Positions 20,217-31,822 are shown, numbered from the stretch's first letter. The stretch is 64,000 nt of DNA from Ignisphaera sp. (GCA_038889075.1 JAWAHS010000003.1:137919-201918); one strand, 5' to 3'. Made by a program: numbers and translations. Notes: generated from the sequence alone by a model not told the origin.

Positions 20217-21632
20217 ATGATGACTATAAATGTAGAGGACATATTTAGAAATATTCTTCGGATGATAAAACCTGATGAAAATGAACGAAAATACCTTTAT
20301 GAACTCTTTAATAAGATTAGGAGAAATTTAGAAGCCTGCCTTCTCAATACTAATAAAAGTTTCAATATAACACTCCAAGGTTCACTAGCAAAAGACACCT
20401 TCATTAAGGGACATGTTGATATAGATATATTCGTACTGTTTCAACCCTTTGAGGTAGACAATGAATGGATCAACAAAACATTTATATCGTTAATTCTAGG
20501 GTGTCTTCAAAATGATTATAAGCTAGTGGTAAAATATGCTTCTCATCCATATGTAACAGCATATGTAAATGATGTTGAAATTAACATAGTTCCAGCTTAC
20601 AACATAGAATCGCCAAATAACATCATATCTGCTGTTGATAGAACTCCTTTTCATACCAAGTACATAATCTCAAAATTAAATGACACTCTAAAGGATGAGA
20701 TAAGAATTCTAAAGTATTTTCTAGCGGTATGGAATTTATATGGTGCTGAAATAAACATTCAAGGCTTTTCTGGTTATTTAACAGAGCTTCTTATACTGAA
20801 ATATGGTGGCTTTCTAAATCTTTTAAAAGAATCCCAAAAATGGAAGGCTTATAAGGTCTGTATAGATATCGAGAGGCATTATAAGGATGAAAAAGAATGT
20901 CTAAGAATGTTTAGAAATGATGTATTAGTAGTTGTAGACCCTATCGACCCTAAGAGAAATGTGGCGGCTGCTGTATCATTGAAAACGTTTTCTATTTTTA
21001 AACTATTAGCTAAACTCTTTCTTGAGAAGCCATCGCAAAAGTTCTTCGATAAAAAGCAGGAGGAAATATTTTTAGATATAGATTATATTAGTAATTATGC
21101 AAAAGAGAGAATAAGATCTACTGAAAGTTGTTTGGTTGGAATCGAGTTAGAGATAACTAAACCAATACCTGACATAGTTTGGGGTCAATTAAATAGGATA
21201 GAACGAATTATTAAGAATGTTTTCAAATCACACGGAATCAAATCGATATACATAGATACTTGGATTGATAACGAATTTAGAAGAGCAATAATAATGATTG
21301 AAGTATTTAACTGTAATATCAACTATGAATTCAGAAAAGGCCCCCCTAGTTACATTACTGATGAGGCAGTAAACTTCATCGTTAAAAATAAGGATGCTCT
21401 TGCAGGACCCTGGCTCGACGATGATGGGATACTATATTGTATTAAAAAGCGTAGATATAGACCGTCAGAAATAGTTGCACTAGCCCTTAGAGACTTAATT
21501 TTATCATCACTAAAAATCGTAAGATATGTAGAGTCCATGGATGCTCTACCCCTATATAATGCCGATTTTAGACGATGGTTTAAGCAGTTTTTAGATAGAA
21601 AAATATTCAAAAGTATTATTGAACTACTTTGA
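20217..21632 (+). CDS. cca: Class I CCA-adding enzyme
   Basis: GSLAKDT...DIDIF, YASHPY, SAVDRTPFH, GFSGYLTEL, DPIDPKRN. Confidence 0.95.
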   Translation: MMTINVEDIFRNILRMIKPDENERKYLYELFNKIRRNLEACLLNTNKSFNITLQGSLAKDTFIKGHVDIDIFVLFQPFEVDNEWINKTFISLILGCLQNDYKLVVKYASHPYVTAYVNDVEINIVPAYNIESPNNIISAVDRTPFHTKYIISKLNDTLKDEIRILKYFLAVWNLYGAEINIQGFSGYLTELLILKYGGFLNLLKESQKWKAYKVCIDIERHYKDEKECLRMFRNDVLVVVDPIDPKRNVAAAVSLKTFSIFKLLAKLFLEKPSQKFFDKKQEEIFLDIDYISNYAKERIRSTESCLVGIELEITKPIPDIVWGQLNRIERIIKNVFKSHGIKSIYIDTWIDNEFRRAIIMIEVFNCNINYEFRKGPPSYITDEAVNFIVKNKDALAGPWLDDDGILYCIKKRRYRPSEIVALALRDLILSSLKIVRYVESMDALPLYNADFRRWFKQFLDRKIFKSIIELL

Positions 21633-21824
21633 TAATGCAATGACGATATTACTTAGACTTACCCTGGATTCGATACTTCTGCCACAATTCGGGCAAATAC
21701 CACCAATCCTTACTGTAAGTTCCGAAGGTGATGGAACTCCATAATAATCTTGTCCAGCCCTAATGAATGCAAAAACTACACTATTACACTTATGGCATCT
21801 ATATACTATGGGCATCTCATACAC
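21624..21824 (-). CDS. Small Zn-ribbon protein
   Basis: YRCHKC...GICPNCG pairs. Confidence 0.75.
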   Translation of the reverse strand: MYEMPIVYRCHKCNSVVFAFIRAGQDYYGVPSPSELTVRIGGICPNCGRSIESRVSLSNIVIALSK

Positions 21825-22044
21825 CCTCTAGCGAAAATATTTGTACTTCTTATACACTAGTAGAGTTATCCATAAGTAATACTTTACATCATGTATGTAC
21901 TATTCAACAAAGAATTAGTTATACTAGAAGTGAAAAAGTTTATATAAATTTATTTTGGTATTACTTCACAAAAACTTTATAAAGCACTCATAAATATAGC
22001 AAGGTATCCTATGTCAATTCTTACCAGAAGTTGTAATTAATTAG

Positions 22045-22135
<91 letters not shown>

Positions 22136-22191
22136 ACGCAGTGCTATATCGCCCTACTATACGTGCACATATTTGTCCTCTTTAAAATATT

Positions 22192-22458
22192 CTATATTTT
22201 AATTACTTTTATTTCTTTAGCTACACTACATTGCTCCAGTTCTCTTCTCCAGATTAATGATGGTGTCCACATGATCCAAGCTGGCACCTTCTTTATAAAT
22301 TCGTATGCTTCCATCCAGTCACTAAGTTTAAGCTCCTCTGCTAATTTTTCTAAATTCATTTCTGTCTTTGCATATATGTTTAATATTTTTACAACCTTAT
22401 CATCTACTTCTATTTCTTTATCACCCACCTTTATTACATATTTAAAACATACTGACAT
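22192..22458 (-). CDS. Hypothetical protein (possible HTH), downstream of mcm
   Basis: 88-aa ORF with LEKLAEELKL helix and normal codon composition. Confidence 0.7.
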   Translation of the reverse strand: MSVCFKYVIKVGDKEIEVDDKVVKILNIYAKTEMNLEKLAEELKLSDWMEAYEFIKKVPAWIMWTPSLIWRRELEQCSVAKEIKVIKI

Positions 22459-22526
22459 TGTTGATACCTTCTTTTGACTTTATTAATATGATTTCACTTA
22501 GAGGTATAAAAGTTATTATTATTACT

Positions 22527-24593
22527 TCATGTCACTGGAGCATAGCATCCTTCTCTAACTTGATAGATTAGACCTTCCTTTCTCATTTTATTTAGAGCTT
22601 CCTCAACAAACCTATCATCAATGTTTTGTTCACGAGTTTTGGCTATGATACTTTTTATCTTAGCGCATCCTTCCGTTGCTGTCAGACTGCGAATTGCTTC
22701 TTCTATTATAAGCATTTTTTCACGCTGAGATTTTGGTTTACCCGTCATAATGGTATCTATGTCAATCTCACCGCTTTCAACATCTATGCCAACACTTTCA
22801 AGCATACTTTTCATAAGCCTTATAGCTTCAGCTGCATCCTCTTCTGTTACTTCATTTTTCAACGCCATCTTACTATGGGCTTCGGCAAGACGTATTAATG
22901 CTTCATATTGCCGTGCCGTTATGGCAATTGGCGACTCTGGTGTTTCAAGACTTCTCCTCCTCATTTCAATAAAGAAGCTTTCTAACATTTTCCTCGCTTC
23001 TTCAGTTAATACTGGCTTGATGTATTTTCTCGCATATGCAATATACTTTCGCAATGTTTCAATATCTATGAATGGTTTCACCACCTCGCTATAGCTATGA
23101 ACCGATGAAATATGTCGTGCCAATCTGGCATCTTTTTCAGGATTAGGAATGTCCTTTATTACAAATATCAAGTCGAATCTTGATAATATTGTAGGTGGTA
23201 GGTTTACATTTTCAGTTATAGATCTACTAGGAAGATACCTTCCATATCTTGGATTTCCAGCAGCTAAAACTGACGTCCTAGCATTTAATCTTGCTACAAT
23301 TCCTGCTTTAGCTATGGATATTGTTTGCTGCTCCATAGCTTCATGAATGGCGACCCTATCTTCTTCTCTCATCTTATCAATTTCATCTATACAAGCAACA
23401 CCTCCATCTGCTAATACCAGTGCTCCTGCTTCAAGATAATATTCTCCACTCTGCTTCTCTCTTATTACAGCAGCAGTTAATCCTGCTGCTGTGGCTCCCT
23501 TGCCAGTGGTATAGATAGCTCTTGGAGCTATGCGTGAGACGTATTGAAGAAGTTGTGACTTTGCCGTTCCTGGATCACCTATAATGAGAACGTGTATATC
23601 GCCTCGAATTTTAGTTCCATCCTGTAATACCTTTTGATTACCACCAAACAGGAGTAGTGCAATAGCCTCCTTTAGATCCCATAATCCATGTATAGCTGGA
23701 GCTATAGATGCTATAATCTTCCTTCTTATCAAGGGATCCCTAGCAAGTTCTTTGATTTTTTCTTCGTCCTCTTTAGTAATCTCTATTTCTTCTAACATAC
23801 GCTGAGAAACGATGACATTGTTAGCTTCAAGAAATACATCGTATAGACTCTTAACTCTCTTAGTTCCACCCCCTCTAAGTTTTAATACACCTACCACAAC
23901 GACTCTATCACCAGGTCTTGCAACATCTACAAGAACATCGTATACGTCTACTTCTAGTGATCTAGGCATCCTACCAGCTGGCATCTCCTCAGGCTTTTCT
24001 TGAATGACTATTCTCTGAAAATCGCGGTATTTGGATCTTTCCTCAATAAGTCTCCAATTACCACTAGATCTCTGACATATGGGGCATAACATAGGCTTAT
24101 CTATAACATCACCAGCTACAGGAACATACACTTCTCCACCACATTCATGGATAAATAAAGCTTCAGTCATTTTCTGTTTTGGAGGTGTTGCTCTTACCAC
24201 TATACCCTCTACCGCTACCAGCTTGCCTATCAATGAGCTTCTTATATCTCTTATTTTATAGAGTAGAGGTACCTCCCTAAAGCGTGGAACTATTCTAGGA
24301 ACTCTATCTAAATACTCAGGATACTCTATTTCTATTATATGTCTTACTACTTCAGCAAATTTTACTATAGCTGTTTCAGGTTCTTTAACTATGTATTCCT
24401 CTGCCAACTTTGGATTATAGTTAACGATATCTATAAAACTAATTTCAATATCATATCTGTCCTCTAAAATCATCTTCCTTATTAGCTCCCTATATTTATG
24501 TTTCCCAGAACCATCCCTATAATTTAATAGAAAATCTTCTATCTCACTAAAATAATCATGTACCACTAGCGCATCGGTACTACTACTAGCCAT
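22527..24593 (-). CDS. mcm: MCM replicative helicase
   Basis: GDPGTAKSQ, IDEIDKM, SRFD, C3H zinc site; no intein. Confidence 0.98.
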   Translation of the reverse strand: MASSSTDALVVHDYFSEIEDFLLNYRDGSGKHKYRELIRKMILEDRYDIEISFIDIVNYNPKLAEEYIVKEPETAIVKFAEVVRHIIEIEYPEYLDRVPRIVPRFREVPLLYKIRDIRSSLIGKLVAVEGIVVRATPPKQKMTEALFIHECGGEVYVPVAGDVIDKPMLCPICQRSSGNWRLIEERSKYRDFQRIVIQEKPEEMPAGRMPRSLEVDVYDVLVDVARPGDRVVVVGVLKLRGGGTKRVKSLYDVFLEANNVIVSQRMLEEIEITKEDEEKIKELARDPLIRRKIIASIAPAIHGLWDLKEAIALLLFGGNQKVLQDGTKIRGDIHVLIIGDPGTAKSQLLQYVSRIAPRAIYTTGKGATAAGLTAAVIREKQSGEYYLEAGALVLADGGVACIDEIDKMREEDRVAIHEAMEQQTISIAKAGIVARLNARTSVLAAGNPRYGRYLPSRSITENVNLPPTILSRFDLIFVIKDIPNPEKDARLARHISSVHSYSEVVKPFIDIETLRKYIAYARKYIKPVLTEEARKMLESFFIEMRRRSLETPESPIAITARQYEALIRLAEAHSKMALKNEVTEEDAAEAIRLMKSMLESVGIDVESGEIDIDTIMTGKPKSQREKMLIIEEAIRSLTATEGCAKIKSIIAKTREQNIDDRFVEEALNKMRKEGLIYQVREGCYAPVT

Positions 24594-24598
24594 ACTTG

Positions 24599-25135
24599 TT
24601 ATCTTACCTCAGCAAATTTTTGTAGCCAATGAGATAATATTTTCCTAAATTTATTTATAAGTACTTTCTCTTCAATTGTTAATTCCTTTTCTATCATATC
24701 AACTCCTTTTAATTGTATAGCTTTAAAAATAGTAGAAAGTCTTATATTGGTGATTTCAGTGAAATCCTCCTTCATTCTCTCTATAGATTTTAATAGAACT
24801 ATATCACCTAATCGCTTTGCCTCCAGTTCTAGCGTTTCTATATTCACCCTTGCTTTAATAAAGAAGTATTCGTCAAGTTTTGATAGTCGACCCCTTTGCT
24901 GGGTGTGCATAAAACGTAGCCTAGCTAAGTCTTGAGGTGTAAGAGAGTCGTCTAAAATTTCAACATAGTTTTTCTTTTCAAGGATTTCGGCTAGCCATCG
25001 AGGTAATACAGCTTCAGAACCTTTATAAAGTGGTGAAACGAGCAAAGGTATCTCTCCTATAGGCCTCAACACCATAGCCCTTACTGGTGCTATACTGTAT
25101 AGGAGGTCGAGCAATTCCGTATCAACTAATGTCAT
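24599..25135 (-). CDS. GINS23 subunit
   Basis: LPRWLA B-domain plus helical A-domain; directly upstream of mcm. Confidence 0.85.
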   Translation of the reverse strand: MTLVDTELLDLLYSIAPVRAMVLRPIGEIPLLVSPLYKGSEAVLPRWLAEILEKKNYVEILDDSLTPQDLARLRFMHTQQRGRLSKLDEYFFIKARVNIETLELEAKRLGDIVLLKSIERMKEDFTEITNIRLSTIFKAIQLKGVDMIEKELTIEEKVLINKFRKILSHWLQKFAEVR

Positions 25136-25282
25136 GTGCTCACCTCACCAAATCTCTAAATATAATATATAAAATTGGAGTTTAAAATAGTTGTAGCATA
25201 ACTCCGTGGTCATATTGTGGCGAAAGGTTCTTAGCCTTTTATAGGAGATATCAGTAGAGTATAGGAAAATTTAGGTGATACT

Positions 25283-26254
25283 TTGAGTGAGAAATTTATA
25301 GAGCTCCTATGGGCTGAAAAATATAGACCAAGATCGCTAAAGGATATTGTAAATCAAGAGGAAATTGTTAAAAGACTATTAAAATTTGTAGAGGAGAGAA
25401 ACATGCCCCATCTTCTTTTTGCTGGACCACCAGGTACCGGAAAAACTACTGCGGCCTTGGCTTTAGCATACGATCTTTATGGTAATGAATTGAGGAGATA
25501 TGTACTGGAGCTTAATGCTAGCGACGAGAGGGGCATTACTGTAATAAGAAATAAGGTTAAAGAATTTGCACGAAGTAAATTACCTGGCGATGTTCCATTT
25601 AAGATAGTAATACTAGATGAGGCAGATAATATGACTGCTGATGCTCAACAGGCCCTTAGAAGAATAATGGAAATGTACGTAGAAACTACCAGATTTATAT
25701 TGATAGCAAACTATGCAAGTAAGATCATAGATCCCATACAATCTAGATGTGCCTCCTTTAGATTTGCCCCATTGAAAAAGGACGATGTCATAGGAAGATT
25801 ACAGTGGATATGCAAGCAGGAAAGTATCAAGTGTTTAAATGATGGTCTAGAAGTTATATATGAAATTAGTGGAGGTGATATGAGAAAAGCAATAAATCTT
25901 CTTCAATCAACTGCTGCGTTAGGAGAAATAAATGTTGGTAATGTTTATAAAGTTGTAGGACTGGCTCATCCAAGAGAGATTAGAGAGATAATAAATCTTG
26001 CACTATCAGGTAAATTTATTGAAGCTAGAGATAAGCTGAGAGATCTAATGGTTGTATACGGTTTAAGTGGCACAGATGTTATTAAACAAATGCATCGTGA
26101 GATATTCTCAGCAGATGTAAAGCTCTCTGAAGAAGTTAGAGTGATTCTAGCTGACTATATTGGCGAAATTCACTTCAGGATTATAGAAGGTGCTGATGAT
26201 GAAATACAGCTTACAGCTTTGTTGGCTAGAATTGCATTGCTCAGTAAAAAATGA
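25283..26254 (+). CDS. rfcS: Replication factor C small subunit
   Basis: WAEKYRP, GPPGTGKT, LNASDERG, DEAD, SRC. Confidence 0.97.
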   Translation: MSEKFIELLWAEKYRPRSLKDIVNQEEIVKRLLKFVEERNMPHLLFAGPPGTGKTTAALALAYDLYGNELRRYVLELNASDERGITVIRNKVKEFARSKLPGDVPFKIVILDEADNMTADAQQALRRIMEMYVETTRFILIANYASKIIDPIQSRCASFRFAPLKKDDVIGRLQWICKQESIKCLNDGLEVIYEISGGDMRKAINLLQSTAALGEINVGNVYKVVGLAHPREIREIINLALSGKFIEARDKLRDLMVVYGLSGTDVIKQMHREIFSADVKLSEEVRVILADYIGEIHFRIIEGADDEIQLTALLARIALLSKK

Positions 26255-26287
26255 TTTTGAGAACACAAATAATATAGGGATTAAGAA

Positions 26288-27697
26288 TTGAGTCATGACC
26301 AAAGAATTCCATGGGTTATAAAATATAGACCTAAAAACCTAATGGAAATAGCCGACCAGGAAGAGGCTAAGTCCAAGGTACTGGAATGGCTCAATAAATG
26401 GCCTAATGTGCCAAAAAAGGCTCTTTTACTTTATGGGCCACCTGGATGTGGCAAAACATCACTTGTTGAGGCTATAGCTAATGAATATGGCTACGAACTT
26501 ATAGAAATGAATGCAAGTGATTTTAGAAGAAAAACAGATATAGAAAGAATAGCGTTAAGAGCATCTACATCCCAAAGCCTTTTTGGATTTAGCAGAAAGA
26601 TAATATTGCTTGATGAAATCGACGGTATTTCATCAAAGGAAGATGAAGGAGCTCTAGAAGCAGTCCAAGAATTGGTAGAGAAGACCAGTGTACCTATAAT
26701 TATGACGGCTAATAATCCGTGGGATCAAAATTTGAGGATTTTAAGGGATCTAGCAGAATTTGTTCAATTCAAAAAATTGACAAAATCTGTTATGAAGAAC
26801 GTGCTCATGAAAATATGTAGAGTTGAAAAGATGGTGTGCAATGAAGATGCTATAGATTATATAATAGAAAAGTCAGAGGGAGATTTGAGGGCAGCTATAA
26901 ACGATTTGCAGTCAATAGGTGAGGGGTTTTCGGAAGTAACGTTAGAAAGAGCTAAACTATTACTAAGACCACGTGATAAGGAGAAAGATCCCTTTGAGAC
27001 TCTACGAAGCATATTCGCAGCAAACTATGCATGGCAAGCTAAAACTGTTGCAAACCAAACACAGCTAGACCATGAACAACTAAAAATGTGGCTAGAGGAA
27101 AATATACCGTTACAGTATACGGATCTAGAAGATTTGAAAAGGGCTTACGAATTTCTAAGTAAAGCAGATTTATACATTGGAAGAATAGTGAAATCTGGTG
27201 ATTGGGACTTGCTAACATATGCAATGGATCTAATGACCGCAGGAATAGCAGTAGCAGCAAAGAACAATACTAAGGATAAGTATAGATGGATTAAGTATAG
27301 TTTTCCACAAAGAATTTTACTAGCAAGTAGATTAAAGGAAATGCGAAATATTAGAGATGACCTTGCACAAGTATTGGCACAACATCTTCACATATCCACA
27401 TCTACAGCTAAAAATGAGATTATACCACTTCTAAAGACAATTTTTACTGTGAATCCTTTAAAGGCCGCTAAAATAGCTCTAAGCCTAGGACTTAGTGAAA
27501 AGATCGTTGAATATCTTGCAGGAGCCAATAAGAACGCTGTTTTAGAATATTATAGAGAATTGAAGAAAAATATAATATCACAAAATCAGTTCAAACACTC
27601 TAGACCTACAGAAAGAGACCAAATTGATATTCAAAAGGATAACTTAAATAAAGGCTCTAAAAAAGACCGGGATCTGTTTGCATTTACAAAGAAATAA
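26288..27697 (+). CDS. rfcL: Replication factor C large subunit
   Basis: WVIKYRP, GPPGCGKT, NASDFR, C-terminal PIP-like DLFAF. Confidence 0.96.
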   Translation: MSHDQRIPWVIKYRPKNLMEIADQEEAKSKVLEWLNKWPNVPKKALLLYGPPGCGKTSLVEAIANEYGYELIEMNASDFRRKTDIERIALRASTSQSLFGFSRKIILLDEIDGISSKEDEGALEAVQELVEKTSVPIIMTANNPWDQNLRILRDLAEFVQFKKLTKSVMKNVLMKICRVEKMVCNEDAIDYIIEKSEGDLRAAINDLQSIGEGFSEVTLERAKLLLRPRDKEKDPFETLRSIFAANYAWQAKTVANQTQLDHEQLKMWLEENIPLQYTDLEDLKRAYEFLSKADLYIGRIVKSGDWDLLTYAMDLMTAGIAVAAKNNTKDKYRWIKYSFPQRILLASRLKEMRNIRDDLAQVLAQHLHISTSTAKNEIIPLLKTIFTVNPLKAAKIALSLGLSEKIVEYLAGANKNAVLEYYRELKKNIISQNQFKHSRPTERDQIDIQKDNLNKGSKKDRDLFAFTKK

Positions 27698-27707
27698 TAA
27701 TGATGTA

Positions 27708-28037
27708 CTAAATCGTTTTAACACTATTCAATATATTCAGCATGGCTCTGACAACTTCATTGTTACAATTCAGTTGTATCAGCCTAATTCTTCCCAGCTT
27801 TATTTCGTGAATCATATTAAGTGCCCTCATGTATTCGATACATTTTATTATAGTTGAATAGTTACTATTTAGATTTGATATTATTGAGGTTATATTGAGG
27901 GTTTTATCCTTTGTGGAATTGAGTAGCGCTGCTATTGCCCACACACAAGGCTTTCCAATAATGTATGCTCTATTCTTTAATTTAATTAATTCATTAGCTT
28001 CATAGACGTTTTGAATATTTTCTATATACCTATACAA
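27708..28037 (-). CDS. Winged-helix protein downstream of cdc6
   Basis: LNITSII...NYSTIIKCIEYM...IHEIKLGRIR pattern. Confidence 0.7.
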   Translation of the reverse strand: MYRYIENIQNVYEANELIKLKNRAYIIGKPCVWAIAALLNSTKDKTLNITSIISNLNSNYSTIIKCIEYMRALNMIHEIKLGRIRLIQLNCNNEVVRAMLNILNSVKTI

Positions 28038-28062
28038 AAATTACTCCCTATCACTACACAGG

Positions 28063-29313
28063 TTAAAGGATGTTTCTTTCAGTATCCAATTTCTTACTAA
28101 TCAGCTCATCTATACGTTTTTCAAGAGCATCTAGAGGTGCGACTATCGAAAGCAATGTTGTACGACCTCTTAAACCTTTTCCAGAAAGTTTAGCGTTTAT
28201 TATATTCATATGCTTAAGGTTATTAACATATTCGTATATTTGTGTATGTTTCCTAGGCTTAATATTATACAATTGACATATATATTTGTATTCTTCTTCC
28301 ACTTCACCTATCCTTACAAAAGAAGTTGCTCTCGCTCTGAGTGTTCTTATCAACGCTTTTACTAATAAAAGTTCGTGCAATTGTAGAAAATTGAGTTCAT
28401 CAGATACTTTTATTATATCAGGATGTGTTATACCTAGTGCTTTTCTTACATGTTCTAATAAAACTCTGTGCGAACCTTCATGTTCCGCTGCCTCTCCTGC
28501 AAGTAATAGTACCTCGATAGCTGATCTCGCATTTCCTTCACCTCCCTTGTCAATACCTTCGTTCTCTGCTATGAATCTTATTACCTCATCATCTACGGTA
28601 CCTTCATAAAATGCTAAATCTCTTCTTTGAATAAGGATGTCATATAACTCTTTAGATCTATATTGCTCAAATTTAATTAGATGTTTTAGAATATAGCTTT
28701 CAGTCGTAGGATCCAATGTACCAAGTGCTGATGTATCTCTAGCTATAAATATAAAGCTTAATCTCTTTTTAACATCAGGGTATTCATCGTATAGGCGTAC
28801 TAAAAAGTAAACAGCATCATTTCCAGCAGTATAGATGAAATAGTCGAATTCGTCTAGAGTAACGATAGTGTATACATTATGCTTTTCTATATAGCTTAGT
28901 AAAGCGATCATCATTTCTCGAGGTGATAGCCCCCTCAACGGTATTGGAATGCCCAACTGTCTTATAATCTCAGAAATTACTTCATATAGAGTTCTATCCC
29001 TGTGACAGTTAACATGAACATACCTTAAATCAATGCCCCGTTCTTTTGCTAAGTGCTTAATTTCATTGCCAAAGACCCTTGCTGTAATAGTCTTTCCTAC
29101 ACCTACACCACCAACAAGCATTGCTCTTAGCGATACAGTACCTGGAGATGTGATTAGCGATTTAAAAATCTCACCTAATTGCTTAATATGCATCTCTCTA
29201 TGCGGAAGTGTAGGTGGAACAAACTCAGGATACAATGCATCCTTATTTTTAAATACCGTTACACGTTTGATAACACTTTCAAGCACGTCACGAATACTCA
29301 TAATTATATTCAC
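28063..29313 (-). CDS. cdc6: Orc1/Cdc6 family initiator
   Basis: LPHRE, GGVGVGKT, VNC, LDEFD, GNAR, C-terminal wH with G.GLRGRTT. Confidence 0.96.
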   Translation of the reverse strand: MNIIMSIRDVLESVIKRVTVFKNKDALYPEFVPPTLPHREMHIKQLGEIFKSLITSPGTVSLRAMLVGGVGVGKTITARVFGNEIKHLAKERGIDLRYVHVNCHRDRTLYEVISEIIRQLGIPIPLRGLSPREMMIALLSYIEKHNVYTIVTLDEFDYFIYTAGNDAVYFLVRLYDEYPDVKKRLSFIFIARDTSALGTLDPTTESYILKHLIKFEQYRSKELYDILIQRRDLAFYEGTVDDEVIRFIAENEGIDKGGEGNARSAIEVLLLAGEAAEHEGSHRVLLEHVRKALGITHPDIIKVSDELNFLQLHELLLVKALIRTLRARATSFVRIGEVEEEYKYICQLYNIKPRKHTQIYEYVNNLKHMNIINAKLSGKGLRGRTTLLSIVAPLDALEKRIDELISKKLDTERNIL

Positions 29314-29502
29314 CTAACCTAAGTAGATTTAGGATTAGAAGGATAATTAAGCTTCGTGTTTGATATACTGTAAACCTATCCAAAAATTTTAGTAACCATT
29401 ATCCACAAATTAATACAAAGTAGTTTAATTTCTTAGGATTGATGAAGTTGGTAAGAAGGATTTTTTAAGCATATTTGATTAGCTAATACTTAGCTAGTCT
29501 AG

Positions 29503-29570
29503 ATGATGATTCCCTCGGCTAAATATGAAGAGAAGACAATCTGATGATTAGTCTTTGGACTACCCGCTGA
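29503..29570 (+). ncRNA. C/D-box guide sRNA with internal hairpin
   Basis: ATGATGA...TGGACTACCCG-CTGA; D guide complementary to conserved archaeal 16S CGGGUAGUCC. Confidence 0.8.
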
Positions 29571-29653
29571 AACGCATTGAATTATGTAGCATTTTTGAAA
29601 ATCGCTTTTTAATGCGATTCTGCACTCTACTTATGTAGAATAGGTGGTTAACT

Positions 29654-30385
29654 ATGTCGTTCATGCCTGCTGCAATGGGCTATGATAGAGCTTTAACAAT
29701 ATTTTCACCTGATGGAAAACTCTACCAGGTGGAGTATGCTGCAGAAGCTGTTAGAAGAGGATGGACATCATTAGGATTAAGGTCAGAACACGGTATTGTA
29801 CTTATTGCTGAAAGAAGAAAGGTTGCTCCCTTACATGACGTATCGAATCTAGAGAAGGTATTTATTGTAGATTCCCACATTGGAGCAACATTTTCAGGTC
29901 TTGGTCACGATGGCAGAGTACTCATAGATTATGCAAGGCTAATAGCTGTAAGACATAAATTAACATTTGATGAACCGATAGATATCGAATTTCTAGCTAG
30001 AACTATATGTGATATAAAACAAGCATATACACAGCAAGGAGGTGTGAGACCATTTGGTGTTTCACTAATATTTGGTGGTATAGATAGAAAGGGTGTAGAG
30101 CTCGTAAAAACTGAACCAAGTGGGCTATACTTTAGATATTATGGTGTTGCCGCCGGAGCTGGTGAACAAGCAGTTCTAAGCTATCTTGAAAAGCACTATA
30201 GTAACAGTTTAACTGTCGAGGAAATGGTGATACTGGGTCTAAGGGCACTCAGAGCTGCTTTAGAGGAGCCGCTGAAGCCTGAAAGAGTAGAGATAGGCTT
30301 TATAGATAGAGACACAAAAGTGTTTAGAAAGGCCTCAACTGAGGAGATATTAACTTTCTTAGAAAAAGCGGGTGTCACTACGTGA
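29654..30385 (+). CDS. psmA: Proteasome alpha subunit
   Basis: [26 protein letters not shown]. Confidence 0.97.
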   Translation: MSFMPAAMGYDRALTIFSPDGKLYQVEYAAEAVRRGWTSLGLRSEHGIVLIAERRKVAPLHDVSNLEKVFIVDSHIGATFSGLGHDGRVLIDYARLIAVRHKLTFDEPIDIEFLARTICDIKQAYTQQGGVRPFGVSLIFGGIDRKGVELVKTEPSGLYFRYYGVAAGAGEQAVLSYLEKHYSNSLTVEEMVILGLRALRAALEEPLKPERVEIGFIDRDTKVFRKASTEEILTFLEKAGVTT

Positions 30386-31080
30386 GTAAAAAGGAGTACG
30401 TTATTGCTAGAATGAATGTTAAGGGAAAGAGATTTGAAATTCTTGTAGATCCTGAAAAGGCCTATAGATTTAGAGAGGGGGAAAATTTACCCTTAGAGGA
30501 GATTGTTATCAGCGACTACATATATAAAGACGTTAAAAAAGGATTAAAGGCTTCACCCAACGAACTTGTTGATACATTTGGTACTGATGACATGTATAAA
30601 ATTGCTAATGAAATAATTAAGAATGGTGAACTACAGTTAACTGCTGAACAGAGGAGGGAACTTCTCGAAATGAAGAAAAAGCAGATTATATACTACATTT
30701 CAAGGTCTGCAGTAGATCCTAAGACTAAGACTCCTATACCTCCAACACGTATTGAAAAAGCAATTGATGAAGTTAAGGTTGGTATTGATCTCTATAAATC
30801 TGTTGAAGAACAAGTGCCTAATATAGTTAAGGCTATATCAAAGGTATTACCAATTAAAATTGCTAAAGCTTTAATGCAGATAACAATACCTTCCGAATTT
30901 GCTCGTAAGGCTGTTAGCCAGGTGTTAAAGCTAGGTGAGGTTAAGAAGAATATATGGCTTGCAGATGGATCATTTTTGGTTGAACTTGAAATTCCGGCAG
31001 GTCTACAAAATGAGCTAATAGAAAAAATAAATACATTAACAAAAGGAAGGGCAAATGTTAAGGTGTTAAGCGTTGTATGA
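30382..31080 (+). CDS. Ribosome maturation factor SBDS/Sdo1
   Basis: [29 protein letters not shown]. Confidence 0.95.
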   Translation: MSKKEYVIARMNVKGKRFEILVDPEKAYRFREGENLPLEEIVISDYIYKDVKKGLKASPNELVDTFGTDDMYKIANEIIKNGELQLTAEQRRELLEMKKKQIIYYISRSAVDPKTKTPIPPTRIEKAIDEVKVGIDLYKSVEEQVPNIVKAISKVLPIKIAKALMQITIPSEFARKAVSQVLKLGEVKKNIWLADGSFLVELEIPAGLQNELIEKINTLTKGRANVKVLSVV

Positions 31081-31822
31081 GACTCTTGAAGCAAAGGAGA
31101 AAAGAATGCTAGCAATCCCTGGGGACACCGTTACCTTAGATCAAAATACCACTATAGATGGTTCCATCTATCTATACAAAAGAAATGAAAACACTTACAG
31201 CATTACTGTTACGGCTCTAGTTGATATTGAACTTATAGAGAATAGAAAAAGGATAAGAGTAATACCACTTAAGGGAAGATACATACCTAAAGAAGGAGAT
31301 GTAATTGTTGGAATTGTAATCGATGCCACGCTCTCCTCATGGATTATCGATATAAACTCTCCGTACTCAGCAATACTGTATGCATATGATTATATTGGTA
31401 AAAACTTTAATCCTACTGTTGAAAACATAAGAAGATACCTTGACATAGGTGATGTCATTCTCGCTAAAGTAGTTCAGTTTGAGAGATCTAGGGGGGCAGT
31501 GTTAACTGTTCAAGATAAAGGTCTTGGAAAAATAACCAGCGGATCGTTAGTAGAGATCGAACCATGTAAAGTGGCTAGAGTTATAGGCAAGAAGAAATCT
31601 ATGCTAAATATGTTAATAGAACAAACAAAATGTGAAATATTTGTTGGTAACAATGGTAGAATACTCCTTAAATGTCCTAATCTTGAACTAGAGTATATTG
31701 CTATTTTAGCTATCAAGAAGATTGAAAACGAAGCTCATACAACAGGACTCACTGAAAGAATTAAAGATTTTGTCATTGAAGAAAAAGTGAAACGGGGTTT
31801 AATAAAGTATGAAATTAAATAA
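31073..31822 (+). CDS. rrp4: Exosome RNA-binding subunit Rrp4
   Basis: [12 protein letters not shown]1 domain, KH domain, AHTTGLT. Confidence 0.94.
   Translation: MYETLEAKEKRMLAIPGDTVTLDQNTTIDGSIYLYKRNENTYSITVTALVDIELIENRKRIRVIPLKGRYIPKEGDVIVGIVIDATLSSWIIDINSPYSAILYAYDYIGKNFNPTVENIRRYLDIGDVILAKVVQFERSRGAVLTVQDKGLGKITSGSLVEIEPCKVARVIGKKKSMLNMLIEQTKCEIFVGNNGRILLKCPNLELEYIAILAIKKIENEAHTTGLTERIKDFVIEEKVKRGLIKYEIK

Noticed and set aside
29399-29407. TTATCCACA (bacterial DnaA box) upstream of cdc6
   Set aside because: Single 9-mer in an archaeal genome; chance
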